A DNA stretch of 63,617 nucleotides, filler included, from Deltaproteobacteria bacterium (lineage in GTDB: Bacteria; JAUYMQ01), in assembly GCA_030698575.1 (NCBI GenBank). It is 12 parts of 12 records of this genome, joined end to end, with 100 filler letters (N's around TTAATTAATTAA, not from the genome) between each part and the next. Parts side by side here need not be neighbours in the genome. Positions count along the whole stretch, not along the records: positions 35,755 to 42,868 come from JAUYMQ010000545.1; positions 42,969 to 46,778 come from JAUYMQ010000552.1; positions 46,879 to 51,347 come from JAUYMQ010000557.1; 9 more parts are not named here. The stretch is one strand, 5' to 3'. The position numbers were made by a program, and so were the translations under genes. The notes under the pieces were generated by a model. That model had not been told where the DNA came from and made no database searches. It saw only the letters and a list, made by a program, of their open reading frames with translations. Positions within the stretch are counted from its first letter, which is position 1. Every line of letters starts with the position of its first letter. This document shows, one piece after another, positions 37,426 through 48,274 of the stretch.

Positions 37426-38487
37426 TTGCGCATGATCTATCTGCTCACCGTCATCGGTGTTGTGATTTTCACCTCGGCGGTCTGCTCACTCTTCGAGGCG
37501 GTGCTCTACTCGGTGCCGCTGAGCCACATCGAATCGCTCTTGCACAGCGGGCGGCCGTCGGGTCGCGCCCTCTCGCAACTGCGGAAGAACGTCGACCGGC
37601 CGATTGCGGCCATCCTTTTCCTCAACACCATCGCGAATACCGGCGGCGCGGCTTTCGCGGGCGCCATCGCCGCCGAGGTGCTTGGAAACGCGTCGCTTGC
37701 CTACTTCTCGGCGGCCTTCACCCTGGCGATCCTCATGTTCTCCGAGATTCTTCCCAAGACCGCCGGGGTGGCCTATGCCCGCCCCCTGGCGCGGTTCATC
37801 GCTCTGCCGCTGCAGTTCATGGTCTGGATCTTCACGCCGATCATCTGGATGAGCCGGTTCGTGACACGCCTAGTCTCCGGCAGGGGGGAGACGCACCGCG
37901 TGACCGACGAGGATCTGCTCGTCATGGTCCGGCTGGGACTTCGCTCGGGGGACTTCAAGGAGCACGAGGCGGAGGTCATCCAGAACATCCTCGAGCTGGA
38001 GGCAAAGAAGGCCTCCGACGTGATGACGCCCCGCTCGGTGGTCTATACGCTGAGCGCGGACTTGACCGTCGGGGACGTGCGGCATGAGGAAAAGCTGCTC
38101 AACTACAGCCGCATACCGATATACGATCAGGGCGCCGAGGACATCGTCGGCATCGTTCACCGCCGGGAGGTGCTCACGGCCATCGCCAACGATCGCTTCA
38201 CGGTGAAACTCCGGGAGCTCATGGGACCGGCGCACTTCGTGCTCGAGACCACGCCTCTCGACAAACTCCTCCGCTTGTTCCTCGAGCGGAGGCAGCACAT
38301 GGTGATTGTGATCGGAGAGTACGGCGTGCTTTCCGGCATCACGACCCTCGAGGACGTGCTGGAGGAGATCATAGGGCACGAGATCGTCGACGAGTTCGAT
38401 CAGGTAACCGATCTGCAGGAGTTTGCGCGCCGCCAGCGCAGTGAGATTCTTGGCAGGCAGGGCGCGCGGCCCGTGCCGAAGGGGTGA
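37426..38487 (+). CDS. CNNM/CorB (DUF21+CBS) protein
   Basis: [35 protein letters not shown]. Confidence 0.9.
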   Translation: MRMIYLLTVIGVVIFTSAVCSLFEAVLYSVPLSHIESLLHSGRPSGRALSQLRKNVDRPIAAILFLNTIANTGGAAFAGAIAAEVLGNASLAYFSAAFTLAILMFSEILPKTAGVAYARPLARFIALPLQFMVWIFTPIIWMSRFVTRLVSGRGETHRVTDEDLLVMVRLGLRSGDFKEHEAEVIQNILELEAKKASDVMTPRSVVYTLSADLTVGDVRHEEKLLNYSRIPIYDQGAEDIVGIVHRREVLTAIANDRFTVKLRELMGPAHFVLETTPLDKLLRLFLERRQHMVIVIGEYGVLSGITTLEDVLEEIIGHEIVDEFDQVTDLQEFARRQRSEILGRQGARPVPKG

Positions 38488-38536
38488 GGCGGGCGAGGGA
38501 CGGCAAGCTTTCCGGTGTCGAGAGGAGGAAAGGATT

Positions 38537-39133
38537 TTGGCAAAGCTACGTGACGAAATACTTGCCGCGAACGCGGCCTACGCCGCGGCCTTCGGGGATG
38601 AGCGAAAGCTTGCTACGCCGCCCGCGCGGGGCGTCGCCGTCCTCACCTGCATGGATTCCCGGATCGACTTCTACAGGGTCACCGGGCTCAAGCTGGGCGA
38701 CGCGCACATCATCCGGAACGCGGGCGGGCGGGCAAGCGACGATGCGATCCGTTCGCTCGTGATCAGCCACAAGTTCCTCGGCACCAATCAGTGGGCCGTG
38801 ATCCATCACACCGGCTGTGGCATGGAGATGTTCACCGGCGAGACCATGGCCAGGCTCCTCGAAACCAGCCTGGGGACAGCCATACGGGACGGCGAGGGCT
38901 GGCGAAATCCCGACGAGTCGGGCGGTTCAATGGAGGGGCACTACATCGACTGGCTTACTTATGACGATCCGATAAAGGCGATCTGCATCGACGTGGCGCG
39001 CATCCGGAACCATCCCCTGGTCCCGCGCAGCATCCCCATCGACGCCTTCATTTACGACGTGATGACCGGCCGCCTCGAGGAAGTACGCGAAGCGTCGGCG
39101 ATCGGCAGGCCCGGCGAACCGAGCGGGAGCTGA
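38537..39133 (+). CDS. Beta-class carbonic anhydrase
   Basis: CMDSR, RNAGG, HHTGCG; GAGGAGG before TTG 38537. Confidence 0.9.
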   Translation: MAKLRDEILAANAAYAAAFGDERKLATPPARGVAVLTCMDSRIDFYRVTGLKLGDAHIIRNAGGRASDDAIRSLVISHKFLGTNQWAVIHHTGCGMEMFTGETMARLLETSLGTAIRDGEGWRNPDESGGSMEGHYIDWLTYDDPIKAICIDVARIRNHPLVPRSIPIDAFIYDVMTGRLEEVREASAIGRPGEPSGS

Positions 39134-39628
39134 CTACCCCTGCGCGAGCCGCCGCAGGATCTTCGGAGGGAGGAACCACCGAAGCTGCCCTCCCCGACGG
39201 ACCGGACCCTCGAACTCCACGCACGCCGCACCGCCCTTCTTGAAAGCGAGCCGGTCCGCGTCGGCCTCGCCGAGGAGCGCGGCGAGCAGCTCCGAGAGGT
39301 GCGGCTCGTGCCCCACGAGCGCCACGGTGGCGCCGGGGGGGTAGCGGGAGAGCAGGGTGGTGACTGCGGCGACGGAACCCCCGGCGAGCGCTTCAACGTT
39401 GCGGGGCGAAACCCCGCCCCAGGCCTCGGCCGCAATCTCGGCCGTGCGCCGTGCGCGGGGCAGGGGGCTCGTCAGCAGGGTGTCGGGACAGGGGGCGATG
39501 CGCGCTAGCCCGATGGCCGCTTCGCGGAAGCGTTCCGCTCCTTCGGGCGTGAGGGTTCGTTCGGCGTCTGGAATGCCGCCCGTGCCGCGGGGTATGGCAA
39601 TAGCGTGGCGGATGATCAGGAGGCGCAT
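39134..39628 (-). CDS. sixA: Phosphohistidine phosphatase SixA family
   Basis: IIRHA, TSPLPRARRTA, VGHEP. Confidence 0.85.
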   Translation of the reverse strand: MRLLIIRHAIAIPRGTGGIPDAERTLTPEGAERFREAAIGLARIAPCPDTLLTSPLPRARRTAEIAAEAWGGVSPRNVEALAGGSVAAVTTLLSRYPPGATVALVGHEPHLSELLAALLGEADADRLAFKKGGAACVEFEGPVRRGGQLRWFLPPKILRRLAQG

Positions 39629-39641
39629 CGGCGATGCGGCC

Positions 39642-40553
39642 TCACCGGGCGGGTTCCCGGAGCCCCATGGCACGCAACCCGCGCCGGGCATTGGCGGGCG
39701 GACCGAGATGGAGGTACGCGCGGTGGTCTTCGCGGGCCGTTGCTTCGATAGCGCCGCGCAGCCGCCGCGCCGTCAAAGCGAGATCGCTCTGCCCCCGCTT
39801 CTCGGACGCCGCAATCTGCCCATCGAGCCACAGCACCAGCACGTGCGCATCATGTAACCGGCCCAGCGCGTCCTGCAGTTCCCGGAAGATGCGGGTGGCG
39901 TCCGGGGTCCGGTCGAGCACGGCCATGTTCACCTCGGCCAGATAGCGCATCCGTCGGACCTGGCGGCGCAGCCGGTGGAGCGCGTCGGGATCATAAGACG
40001 ATCCGACTACCTCCATCGTTTCGAGCAGCTTCATTCCCCGGGATTTCTGCTCCTCGCGCAACCGGCGGAGCACGGTGAAGAGATCGTCGGCGCCCCGCCG
40101 CATGATACCCTGCAGATCCCCCTTGAACTCGGCGATGTCGAGCGCTGCCACGGAGCGTTGCATCCGGCGGTGCGAGCGTCGGCGGGCGTCCCGCAGGCGC
40201 CGGTGAAGGATCTCCGCCTGCCGGCGGTCGCCGTTCGAGGCGCTCGCCAGTTCTTCGAAGAGCGCCACGCTGACGTCCAGATCGCGGCTGACCCCGGCTG
40301 CGCGCCGGAGGCGCCGCATGGCGCGGATGGCGCGGCGGATGCGCTTCCCTCCGGGCTTGACTGCAAGCACGGGCAGCATGATTCCCAGGCGCCGCGTGGT
40401 TACGCGCATATCGTGCACGCCTTCCTCGTCGAAGGTGAGCGCCGCGGGAAGAATCTTGAACAGGTGCCGTATCCTGTCGCGGAGAAGCCTCGTGGCAGGA
40501 TCTTGCCGGGCGCCGATGGCATGGGGCATGATGGACATGTTGGGGGGGGTCAT
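39642..40553 (-). CDS. CHAD domain protein
   Basis: VHDMRVTTRR, RDLDV, LHRLRRQVRRMRY, LQDALGRLHD. Confidence 0.88.
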   Translation of the reverse strand: MTPPNMSIMPHAIGARQDPATRLLRDRIRHLFKILPAALTFDEEGVHDMRVTTRRLGIMLPVLAVKPGGKRIRRAIRAMRRLRRAAGVSRDLDVSVALFEELASASNGDRRQAEILHRRLRDARRRSHRRMQRSVAALDIAEFKGDLQGIMRRGADDLFTVLRRLREEQKSRGMKLLETMEVVGSSYDPDALHRLRRQVRRMRYLAEVNMAVLDRTPDATRIFRELQDALGRLHDAHVLVLWLDGQIAASEKRGQSDLALTARRLRGAIEATAREDHRAYLHLGPPANARRGLRAMGLREPAR

Positions 40554-40633
40554 GGACTGACTCTACACCCCGCGCCCCACCGCTTCAAGGCGCCGGCGCG
40601 AACCGCGCAAGTAGCCGTCACTGGAGAGTTCTT

Positions 40634-42214
40634 TTGAAGATTGCGGCCATCGATCTGGGAAGCAACTCGCTTCACATGATTATCGTCGAGGTGAATGCGA
40701 AGGGCGCGTTCCGGGTGGTCGATCGCGAGGCGGACATGGTGCGCCTCGGATCCGGGAGCCTCACCACCGGCGTTCTCTCCGAAGAGGCCATGGACCGGAC
40801 CCTGGCGGCGCTCAAGGCCTACCGCCGCCTCGCGGAATCGCACAAGGTAGAGGAGGTCATCGCGGTTGCGACCTCGGCGATACGCGAGGCACGGAACGGC
40901 GAGGACTTTCTCGAGCGGATGGGACGGAAGGTCGGGATCTGGCCCCGCGCCATCTCCGGCGAAGAGGAGGCCCGGCTGGACTACATGGCCGTGCTCCACA
41001 GTGTCCATCTTGCCGGGGCAAGGGCGCTGGTGATCGACATCGGCGGCGGCAGCGTGCAGTTCGCGCTTGGCCGGGGAGAGAAGGTGGAACTGGCGGCTTC
41101 CGAGAGGCTCGGCGCGCTGCGCATGGCCGAGCGTTTCATCAACAGCGATCCCCTTTCGCCGCGCGACGAACGGCGGCTCGAGGATCACGTGCGGGCGACC
41201 ATCGCGCCGCATGTCCGGAAGATCCGTCGTTTTGATCCCGAGTACGTCGTGGGCGCATCAGGAACCATCCTCGCGCTCGGCCGCATGGCCTATGAGGCCG
41301 CGGCCGGGCAGAAGGCGGAGAGCCTGCATCACGTCACCATCGAGCGCGATCGGCTGGAAGAGGTTCAGCAGCGGCTCCGGCGGACGAATCTGGCCGAGCG
41401 GCGCCGGCTACCCCGGCTCGACAAGCGGCGCGCCGACATCATCGTGTCCGGGTCTATCATCCTGGGGACGATCCTCGGCGAGATCCGCGCCAAGCGTGTC
41501 GTGCTCTGCGAATGGGCGCTCCGCGAGGGGCTACTCCTGGCCTACCTGGCCCAGCACCGCGGCAAGCTGGCCAGGGCCGAGGCTTATCCCGACGTTCGCC
41601 GCAGGAGCGTCATGGAGCTTGCCGAGCGCTGCATCCACGACGTGACGCATGCCCGCCACGTGGCCCGGCTTGCGCTGGAGATGTTCGACGCTACGGCGGC
41701 CTATCATGGCCTCGACGATCGCCATCGCGCCCTTCTCGAGTACACGACGCTTCTGCACGACGTCGGCCAGCACATCTCACACTCACAGCATCATCTGCAT
41801 TCCTACTACCTCATCAAGCACGGCGACCTTCGCGGTTTTGATCCGGTGGAGATCGAGATGATGGCGAACGTGGCGCGCTACCACCGCCGGACGGGGCCGA
41901 AGAAGAAGCACGTCGCATACGCCTCGCTGTCGCGGCAGGCGCGAAAAGGACTCACGGCGCTCGCGGGCATCCTGCGCCTGGCCGACGCGCTCGACCGGGG
42001 GCACCGCCAGCGGGTCCGGGGCCTGAAGGTTCTGAAGCGGGGGAAGGGTCTGCTCATCCGGTGCGAGGCGGACGGGAACGTCGATCTTGAGATCTGGGGC
42101 GCCCTCCGCCGGCTGGATTTGATGGAGGAAGCCCTGGGAATGAAGCTCGACATCGAAGCGGTTTCAACGAAGCGCAGGCGCGCCACACGGAATTCGCGCC
42201 GGGGAGCTGCCTGA
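40634..42214 (+). CDS. ppx: Ppx/GppA exopolyphosphatase with HD domain
   Basis: IDLGSNS, DIGGGS, ALREG, LLHDVG. Confidence 0.92.
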   Translation: MKIAAIDLGSNSLHMIIVEVNAKGAFRVVDREADMVRLGSGSLTTGVLSEEAMDRTLAALKAYRRLAESHKVEEVIAVATSAIREARNGEDFLERMGRKVGIWPRAISGEEEARLDYMAVLHSVHLAGARALVIDIGGGSVQFALGRGEKVELAASERLGALRMAERFINSDPLSPRDERRLEDHVRATIAPHVRKIRRFDPEYVVGASGTILALGRMAYEAAAGQKAESLHHVTIERDRLEEVQQRLRRTNLAERRRLPRLDKRRADIIVSGSIILGTILGEIRAKRVVLCEWALREGLLLAYLAQHRGKLARAEAYPDVRRRSVMELAERCIHDVTHARHVARLALEMFDATAAYHGLDDRHRALLEYTTLLHDVGQHISHSQHHLHSYYLIKHGDLRGFDPVEIEMMANVARYHRRTGPKKKHVAYASLSRQARKGLTALAGILRLADALDRGHRQRVRGLKVLKRGKGLLIRCEADGNVDLEIWGALRRLDLMEEALGMKLDIEAVSTKRRRATRNSRRGAA

Positions 42215-42868
42215 TGGCCGCGAAGAAGCCACGAAAGCCGAGGGTCGTGTCCGAGAGACGTGCTTCCGCGCCGGAGGGGCCGATCGCCGTCATCGACGTC
42301 GGCTCCACGGCCATTCGGCTGGTGGTGGGAGAGGCGCAGGCCGGAGGCGAGATCCGCGTGATCGAGGAGGCCTCCCGGGGCGTGCAGCTCGGAAAAGACA
42401 CCTTCACCACGGGCCGCATCAGCGCCGCCACGCTCGAGGCCACCCTCAAGGCCATGGAGGGCTTCCGGCACATCATGGACACCTACGGGGTGGCGCGGTG
42501 CAGGGCCGTGGCGACGAACGCCATCCGCGAGGCCAGCAACAGCGAAACCGTGCTCGACCGGATCCGCCTGCGCACCGGCATCGAGGTGGAGGTGATAGAC
42601 GGCGCGGAGGAGAACCGCCTCACCTACATGGCCGTGCGAAGGGTCATGGGCACGCACGACGCCCTCCAGCATGGCAACACGCTCATCGTCGAGGTGGGCG
42701 GCGGGAACGCCGATATATCCTTTCTGCGCGACGGCGAGCCGGCTGTGTCGGGGAACTATCCCCTCGGCGCCCTGCGCATGCGCCAGATTCACGCGTCCTG
42801 GCACGGCCCCCACGAGCAGCGCGTCAGGCTGCTCGCGCGTCACATCGGCAACGTCGTCCACGACATCC
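42214..42868 (+). CDS. Second Ppx/GppA family protein (3'-truncated)
   Basis: IDVGSTAIR, ATNAIREA, EVGGGN. Confidence 0.88.
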
Positions 42869-42968
42869 NNNNNNNNNNNNNNNNNNNNNNNNNNNNNNNN
42901 NNNNNNNNNNNNTTAATTAATTAANNNNNNNNNNNNNNNNNNNNNNNNNNNNNNNNNNNNNNNNNNNN

Positions 42969-43173
42969 CGATGTCGATCTGCGAATCATCGATGCAGCCG
43001 AACGAGTCGCCGTCGAGGAGGCAGTCGTCGCCCGACTCTGTGCCGCCCAGGTCCGTACAGCTGACCGGCGTGGCGGCCGCGTTGGCGATCGCGGTGAATC
43101 CGAAGACGATCGCGAGTGCGAACAGCATCGAAACGAAGAGATTTATCGGGGCGGAAAGTGTTCGGGATGCCAT
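42969..43173 (-). CDS. Secreted hypothetical protein, N-terminus
   Basis: GGAGGA RBS, signal peptide, Cys-containing segment running into the spacer. Confidence 0.55.
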
Positions 43174-43431
43174 GGATTCCTCCGGCGAAAGGAAGCTGAA
43201 TTGGGCGTCGGAAATGGGCCTCCGGGGAGGTCCGCTTCCGGCGCCAAACTCCGGGTCGGTGGGCGGGCACGGCAGATGTGCCGTCCTGCATAGATGCGTG
43301 CAAAATCCATTCCATACCGTGTCGGAAAGCCCGCAATCAAACTTCCATCACCATACCGTGCTTTTAGGGACGTACACCACACTGCCCATCCGTCTGTCCG
43401 CCACTGCGGTAAGAAAATGTTTCCCCCTAAT

Positions 43432-43490
43432 GGGAAAATATTTTCCCTCAGGCAGGCGCGCTTGACCGTGCCGGAGAGCGACGCTACTGT
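43432..43490 (+). promoter_or_regulatory. Sigma70-type promoter with upstream 16-bp palindrome
   Basis: GGGAAAATATTTTCCC (43432-43447); TTGACC-17-TACTGT (43462-43490). Confidence 0.5.
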
Positions 43491-43516
43491 GGCTGCTCTC
43501 CCCCGGAGAACCTTCG

Positions 43517-44935
43517 TTGCCATCCGTGCCTTCTCTCTCAGCGACGCATCTCTACCTCTACGCCCACTGCGAGCACCGGGTGCATCTCGAGCTCCGCGGC
43601 GATAGCGGCGTTCGTTTGGCCGACACCGAGGAGGAGCGCGCGCTCAAGGCCCGTGGCATCGCACATGAGGCCGCCATCGCCGATGCGCTCGCCTTCCCGC
43701 GGCCGGCGCATGGACCCGAAGCGCGGGACCGCGCCTTCGAGGAAACGCTCGCCCTCATGCGCGCGGGAGAGGCCGGCATCTACCAGGGAGTTCTTCTGGC
43801 CGAAGACTTGATCGGTGTCCCCGATCTTCTGATCCGTCAGCCGGGCGCGTCGCACCTCGGCGATCACCACTACACGGTCGCCGACGTGAAGATCTCGCAG
43901 CGGGCGCGAGCGGATCAGGCGCTTCAGGTGGCCTTCTACGCCCATCTTCTCGAGAAGGTGCAAGGCGTGCTGCCGTCGGAGGTCTATCTCATTTTGGGTG
44001 ACGGCAGCCGGGAGGCGATCGCATCGGAAGATCTCGGCGGCGTCTTCGAGCAGGCGCTGGCCGACGTGCGGGCAATCCGGGATGGCGGGCGCGCGACGGA
44101 TCCGTTCTTTCAGGACGCCTGCCCGCGATGCCCCTGGCGCGGGCTCTGCCTCCCGGAGCTCGAGGCCCGCGACGATCTGTCGCTTCTGCCGGGCATGACG
44201 CGCTCGCGCCGCGGCGCGCTGGCACGCTCCGGCTTCGAGACGGTTTCGACCCTGGCCGCGGCGCGACCAGAGCGGGCAGCCACGCGATCGGGCCTTGAGC
44301 GACGGTCGTTGCTGCCGCTCATCCGTCAGGCGCAGGCCGCCGCGAAGCGGGCGATTCTTCCCCTCTCGCCGGGGCCTCGTCCGGAAGGGCCGCCCGAGCT
44401 TCTGGTGACGGCCCATGAAAACCCCGAGAACGCCGGTCACACGGTGCTGCTGACGATCTCGCTCAGTGACATCAAGCAGGGCAATAGAACGGCCCTGATC
44501 TGGGCTGCTGACCCATCTGACGAAAAAGCGCTCTACGAGAAAGCGCTCCGGGCTTTTTCGCGGAGGCCTCACGCGCCGGTCTATCACCACGGGCGCTCCG
44601 CCGTCTGGCAGCTTGCAAGGTTGGAGTCGCGTTACGGATCGGGAAGCGCCGGGCTCCAGGCGCTCCACCGCATGACCGACGTGGCGCCGCTCGTCCGGCG
44701 CGCCGCCGCGCTGCCGGTGCAGCGATACACGCTCGCGGAGGCCGCGCGCGCAACGGGATACGCAGGCGAGCTGCCGCCGGAGGAGATCCTTCCGCTCACC
44801 TGGCGCGCAGCCGGCGGCGATGAAGAGGCCCGGGAAGGGCTCCTGGCCGCGGCGGCTTCGGAGCGCGAAGCGTTGCAGCACCTGATCGGCTGGCTCCGGA
44901 GCCTCTCAGAAACCCCGGCAGGAACCCGCGCATGA
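43517..44935 (+). CDS. TM0106-like RecB/Cas4-fold Fe-S nuclease
   Basis: N-terminal Cys (HCEHR), GIAHE, PDLL..ADVK..QVAFY, CPRCPWRGLC, HhH-like segment. Confidence 0.82.
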   Translation: MPSVPSLSATHLYLYAHCEHRVHLELRGDSGVRLADTEEERALKARGIAHEAAIADALAFPRPAHGPEARDRAFEETLALMRAGEAGIYQGVLLAEDLIGVPDLLIRQPGASHLGDHHYTVADVKISQRARADQALQVAFYAHLLEKVQGVLPSEVYLILGDGSREAIASEDLGGVFEQALADVRAIRDGGRATDPFFQDACPRCPWRGLCLPELEARDDLSLLPGMTRSRRGALARSGFETVSTLAAARPERAATRSGLERRSLLPLIRQAQAAAKRAILPLSPGPRPEGPPELLVTAHENPENAGHTVLLTISLSDIKQGNRTALIWAADPSDEKALYEKALRAFSRRPHAPVYHHGRSAVWQLARLESRYGSGSAGLQALHRMTDVAPLVRRAAALPVQRYTLAEAARATGYAGELPPEEILPLTWRAAGGDEEAREGLLAAAASEREALQHLIGWLRSLSETPAGTRA

Positions 44936-46767
44936 ACCCTGAACTCATTCATAGTCCGGAAGAGCGGCCGCCCAGGGCGGGCGGAGCGGCCGCGGGCACT
45001 CGCCCCAAAGGTCCGACCCCGGAGCGGTTGATGCAGCTTCTTCTGCGCGAAGACGCAGCGGGAAGGCGCAAGTTTCGCGACGGCCACGCGCTCGACGTCG
45101 AGGCCAGGGTGGAAGCCGGTGACTGCGTGACGGATCTGACGCTCCTGGAGGACGATGGCACGGCCCTCGTCCTCGGCGCCGGCGAGAATCACTCGCGATT
45201 CCGTGAAGGAGACCCGGCCTGGCTCGGCGACGGCGCCCGGCCGGGGGCGGGGCTGCCCGTGAACGTCATCGACTACGATCCGGTGGCGGGCCTGCTGCGC
45301 GTCGAGCGCGACGTGTTCGCCCGCAATGAACCGTTCGATCTCGAGGGCCCTTGTGTGCTCGACCGGCGCGAGATCTCAACCATCGACAAGCTGGCCCGGG
45401 CGCTCCAGCGATCCCTTTCGGGCCGCGCGCCGGCGGGCGATCTGCCCACACGGCTCCTGGCCGGCGATTCCCTGCCGCCGATAGCGCCTGGCGGCCTGGC
45501 CGGATCTCGCGCGGAAGCCCGCGCTGACGGCCTCGATCCCTCCCAGGAGATCGCGTACGCCGAGGCGCTCGCGGCCGGTCCGCTCTACCTCGTGCAGGGG
45601 CCGCCGGGGTCGGGAAAGACCCGCCTGCTCGGATCGCTTCTCCGCGCCTTCGCCGCCCGCGGGGAGCGCGTGCTGGTCACCGCCTTCACGCACCTGGCCA
45701 TCAACAACGTGCTGCGGGCTTGCCTTGCGGGGGGCGACGCGCCCTGCCCCGTCTTCAAGATCGGGCGGCCGGCGCAGAACCCCGATCTGCAAGCGCTCCC
45801 CATCACCATCCGCCCCCGGCTCCGGCGCGACGCGGCAGCCGAGGGTCCGTTGATCGTGGGCGCCACCGTGTACGGCGCCATCGGCCTCTGGGATGCCCTT
45901 CCCTTCGATCGGGTGGTCATCGACGAAGCGGCCCAGGTGCCGCTCCCCATGGGGATGGCGGCCCTCGGGAGCGCGCCTCGCACGACGCTGGTGGGCGATC
46001 ACCAGCAGATGGGCCCCATTGTCAGAACCGATCCGCCGGACGCCCTTGCAGGCGTCTCGATCTTCGCCCACCTCCACGCCATCTACGGTTCCACGCTCCT
46101 CACCCGCACCTACCGCATGAACGCCGAGATCAACGACTTCGTGAGCCGGCACTTTTACGCCGGGCGGCTCGCCTCCGATCCCTCGTGCGCCGGAAGGCGG
46201 CTCGCGCTTCGACCGGGCGGACGCTTTCGCGATCTGCTCGATCCGGAGCGGCCCGCAGTTGTCGCGCTGGTTGATCACGAGGGGTGCCGGCAGCGCGCCC
46301 CCGCCGAGGCGGCGCTGGCCGCCGAGCTGGTCATCGAGCTGATGGCGCATCACCGCGTGCCGGCCCGCGAAATCGCCGTCATCGCACCCTACCGCGCCCA
46401 GGTGAACGCCATTCGGCAGGCGCTGCGCGCGCGCGTCACGAAGCGTCCAGTGAAATCCGGGGGGAATCTCGAGGCGGAACCGGTGATCGACACAGTGGAA
46501 AGAATTCAGGGGCAGGAGCGGGACGTGGTCATTGCCAGTTTCACGAACAGCGATCCCGACTATCTGATCCGGGACGCCAGCTTCTTCTACTCGCCCAACC
46601 GGCTGAACGTCTTGCTCAGCCGCGCGCGGGTCAAGCGCATTGTCATCGCCAGCCCGCTCGCCTTCCGTGCAATCCCACGTGATCTCGAGACGCTTCGCCA
46701 CGCGAGCCTCTTTCGCAGGCTGCACGACGAGAGCGACCGCATGGTTGTCCCGGGGGGTGACGCTTGA
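44932..46767 (+). CDS. SF1B (Dna2/Upf1-like) helicase
   Basis: QGPPGSGKT, DEAAQ, VGDHQQ, YRMN, TVERIQGQERD, NRLNVLLSRAR; ATGA overlap with the nuclease. Confidence 0.9.
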   Translation: MNPELIHSPEERPPRAGGAAAGTRPKGPTPERLMQLLLREDAAGRRKFRDGHALDVEARVEAGDCVTDLTLLEDDGTALVLGAGENHSRFREGDPAWLGDGARPGAGLPVNVIDYDPVAGLLRVERDVFARNEPFDLEGPCVLDRREISTIDKLARALQRSLSGRAPAGDLPTRLLAGDSLPPIAPGGLAGSRAEARADGLDPSQEIAYAEALAAGPLYLVQGPPGSGKTRLLGSLLRAFAARGERVLVTAFTHLAINNVLRACLAGGDAPCPVFKIGRPAQNPDLQALPITIRPRLRRDAAAEGPLIVGATVYGAIGLWDALPFDRVVIDEAAQVPLPMGMAALGSAPRTTLVGDHQQMGPIVRTDPPDALAGVSIFAHLHAIYGSTLLTRTYRMNAEINDFVSRHFYAGRLASDPSCAGRRLALRPGGRFRDLLDPERPAVVALVDHEGCRQRAPAEAALAAELVIELMAHHRVPAREIAVIAPYRAQVNAIRQALRARVTKRPVKSGGNLEAEPVIDTVERIQGQERDVVIASFTNSDPDYLIRDASFFYSPNRLNVLLSRARVKRIVIASPLAFRAIPRDLETLRHASLFRRLHDESDRMVVPGGDA

Positions 46768-46878
46768 CCTGTCATAGGNNNNNNNNNNNNNNNNNNNNNN
46801 NNNNNNNNNNNNNNNNNNNNNNTTAATTAATTAANNNNNNNNNNNNNNNNNNNNNNNNNNNNNNNNNNNNNNNNNNNN

Positions 46879-48274
46879 GATCGGCCTGCTCGATGGCCCA
46901 GCGAATCCGTTCTTCGCGATGAGCAGCCCGCACGCCGTAGATGGAGGCGTAGAGCGACAGGTTCTCGAGCACGGTGAGGTCGGTGTAGAGCGAGAAAAGC
47001 TGCGACATGTAGCCGAGCCGGCGGCGAAGCGCCGCTCCGCCCCGCTCGACGGCGAAGCCGGCGACGCGTGCCTTTCCCGCGCTCGGAGGCAGGAGCCCGC
47101 AGATCATCTTGAGCGCGGTCGTCTTGCCGCTTCCGTTGGGGCCGAGGAGGCCGAAGATCTCCCCCCGCTTCACGCAAAAGGTCAGGCCATCGACGGCAGT
47201 GAAGTCGCCGAAGCGCCGCGTGAGATCCGCGACTTCCACGGAGGCGTCGGCGTCGGCGTCGGACGCGGCGACCCGATCGGCGGGGAAGGGTCGGTAGGGC
47301 GGGAGCCCCCCGCTCTCCTCGGCGACACGGGCGGCGAACACGTCCTCGAGCGCCGGGCGCGGGTCGAGGGGCTCGACCTCTGGCGCGAGCGCCTCGCGCA
47401 GGGGGCCGAGGCTCTCGTCGCCCTGCCTGAGGGGCACGCGCAGGCGGTCGCCGCGGCGGATGAAGTGGACGGAGGCGCGGTCGAGCGCCGTCATGGCCGC
47501 CGGCATTCGCTTGGGGCGGAACTCGTGCAGTGACGTCGGCACGGCGTCGCGCACCTGCGCCGGCGTTCCGATCGAGAGGATCCGTCCCTTGTAGACGAAG
47601 GCCAGCCGCTCCATGCGCTCGGCCTCGTCGAGGTAGGAGGTTGAGATGATGGCGGTGAGCCCTTGCTCCAGGATCAGGCCGGTGAGGATCTCCCAGAACT
47701 CGCGCCGCGAGATCGGGTCGACGCCGGTGGTGGGTTCGTCGAGGACGAGAAGCTGCGGCTCGCCCATGAGGGCGCCGCAGAGCCCGAGCTTCTGCTTCAT
47801 GCCGCCCGAGAGCTTGCCGGCGGGGCGGCTGCGGAAGGGCGTGAGCTGGGTCATGTCGAGAAGGCGCGTCTTCGAAGCCTCCCGCACCTCGGCGGGAAGA
47901 AGCCTGAGATCGGCCAGGTAGTCGAGGTTCTCGTCGACGGTGAGATCGGGGTAGAGGTTCAGGCCGATGCCCTGGGGCATGAAGCCGATGGAGAGCTTCG
48001 CTTTCTCGGTGGCGGCGTCGCTGCGAAGGTCGTGTCCCATCACCTCCAGTTCGCCCTCGAGGCGCAGCACCCCGGCGATTCCCTGGAGCAGGGTCGATTT
48101 GCCCGCGCCGTCGGGGCCTATGAGGCCAAAGAACTCCCCGCGGCGCACATCGAGATCGACGCCTCCCAGCGCGGTGATTGCGCGGTAGCGGCGCGTGAGG
48201 CCACGAGCGCGCACGGCCGGGGAAGCGCCGGAGGAAGAGGGCAGAGCGTCTATCGATCGAAGGGGTTGATCCAC
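46879..48274 (-). CDS. ABC transporter with tandem ATPase domains (YbhF/RbbA-like, 3'-truncated)
   Basis: GPDGAGKS, LSGGMKQK, DEPTTGVDP, second Walker A GPNGSGKT. Confidence 0.9.

Noticed and set aside
43517-44935. Cas4 of a CRISPR system
   Set aside because: No cas1/cas2 or array; length and helicase partner fit a TM0106/Dna2-like nuclease
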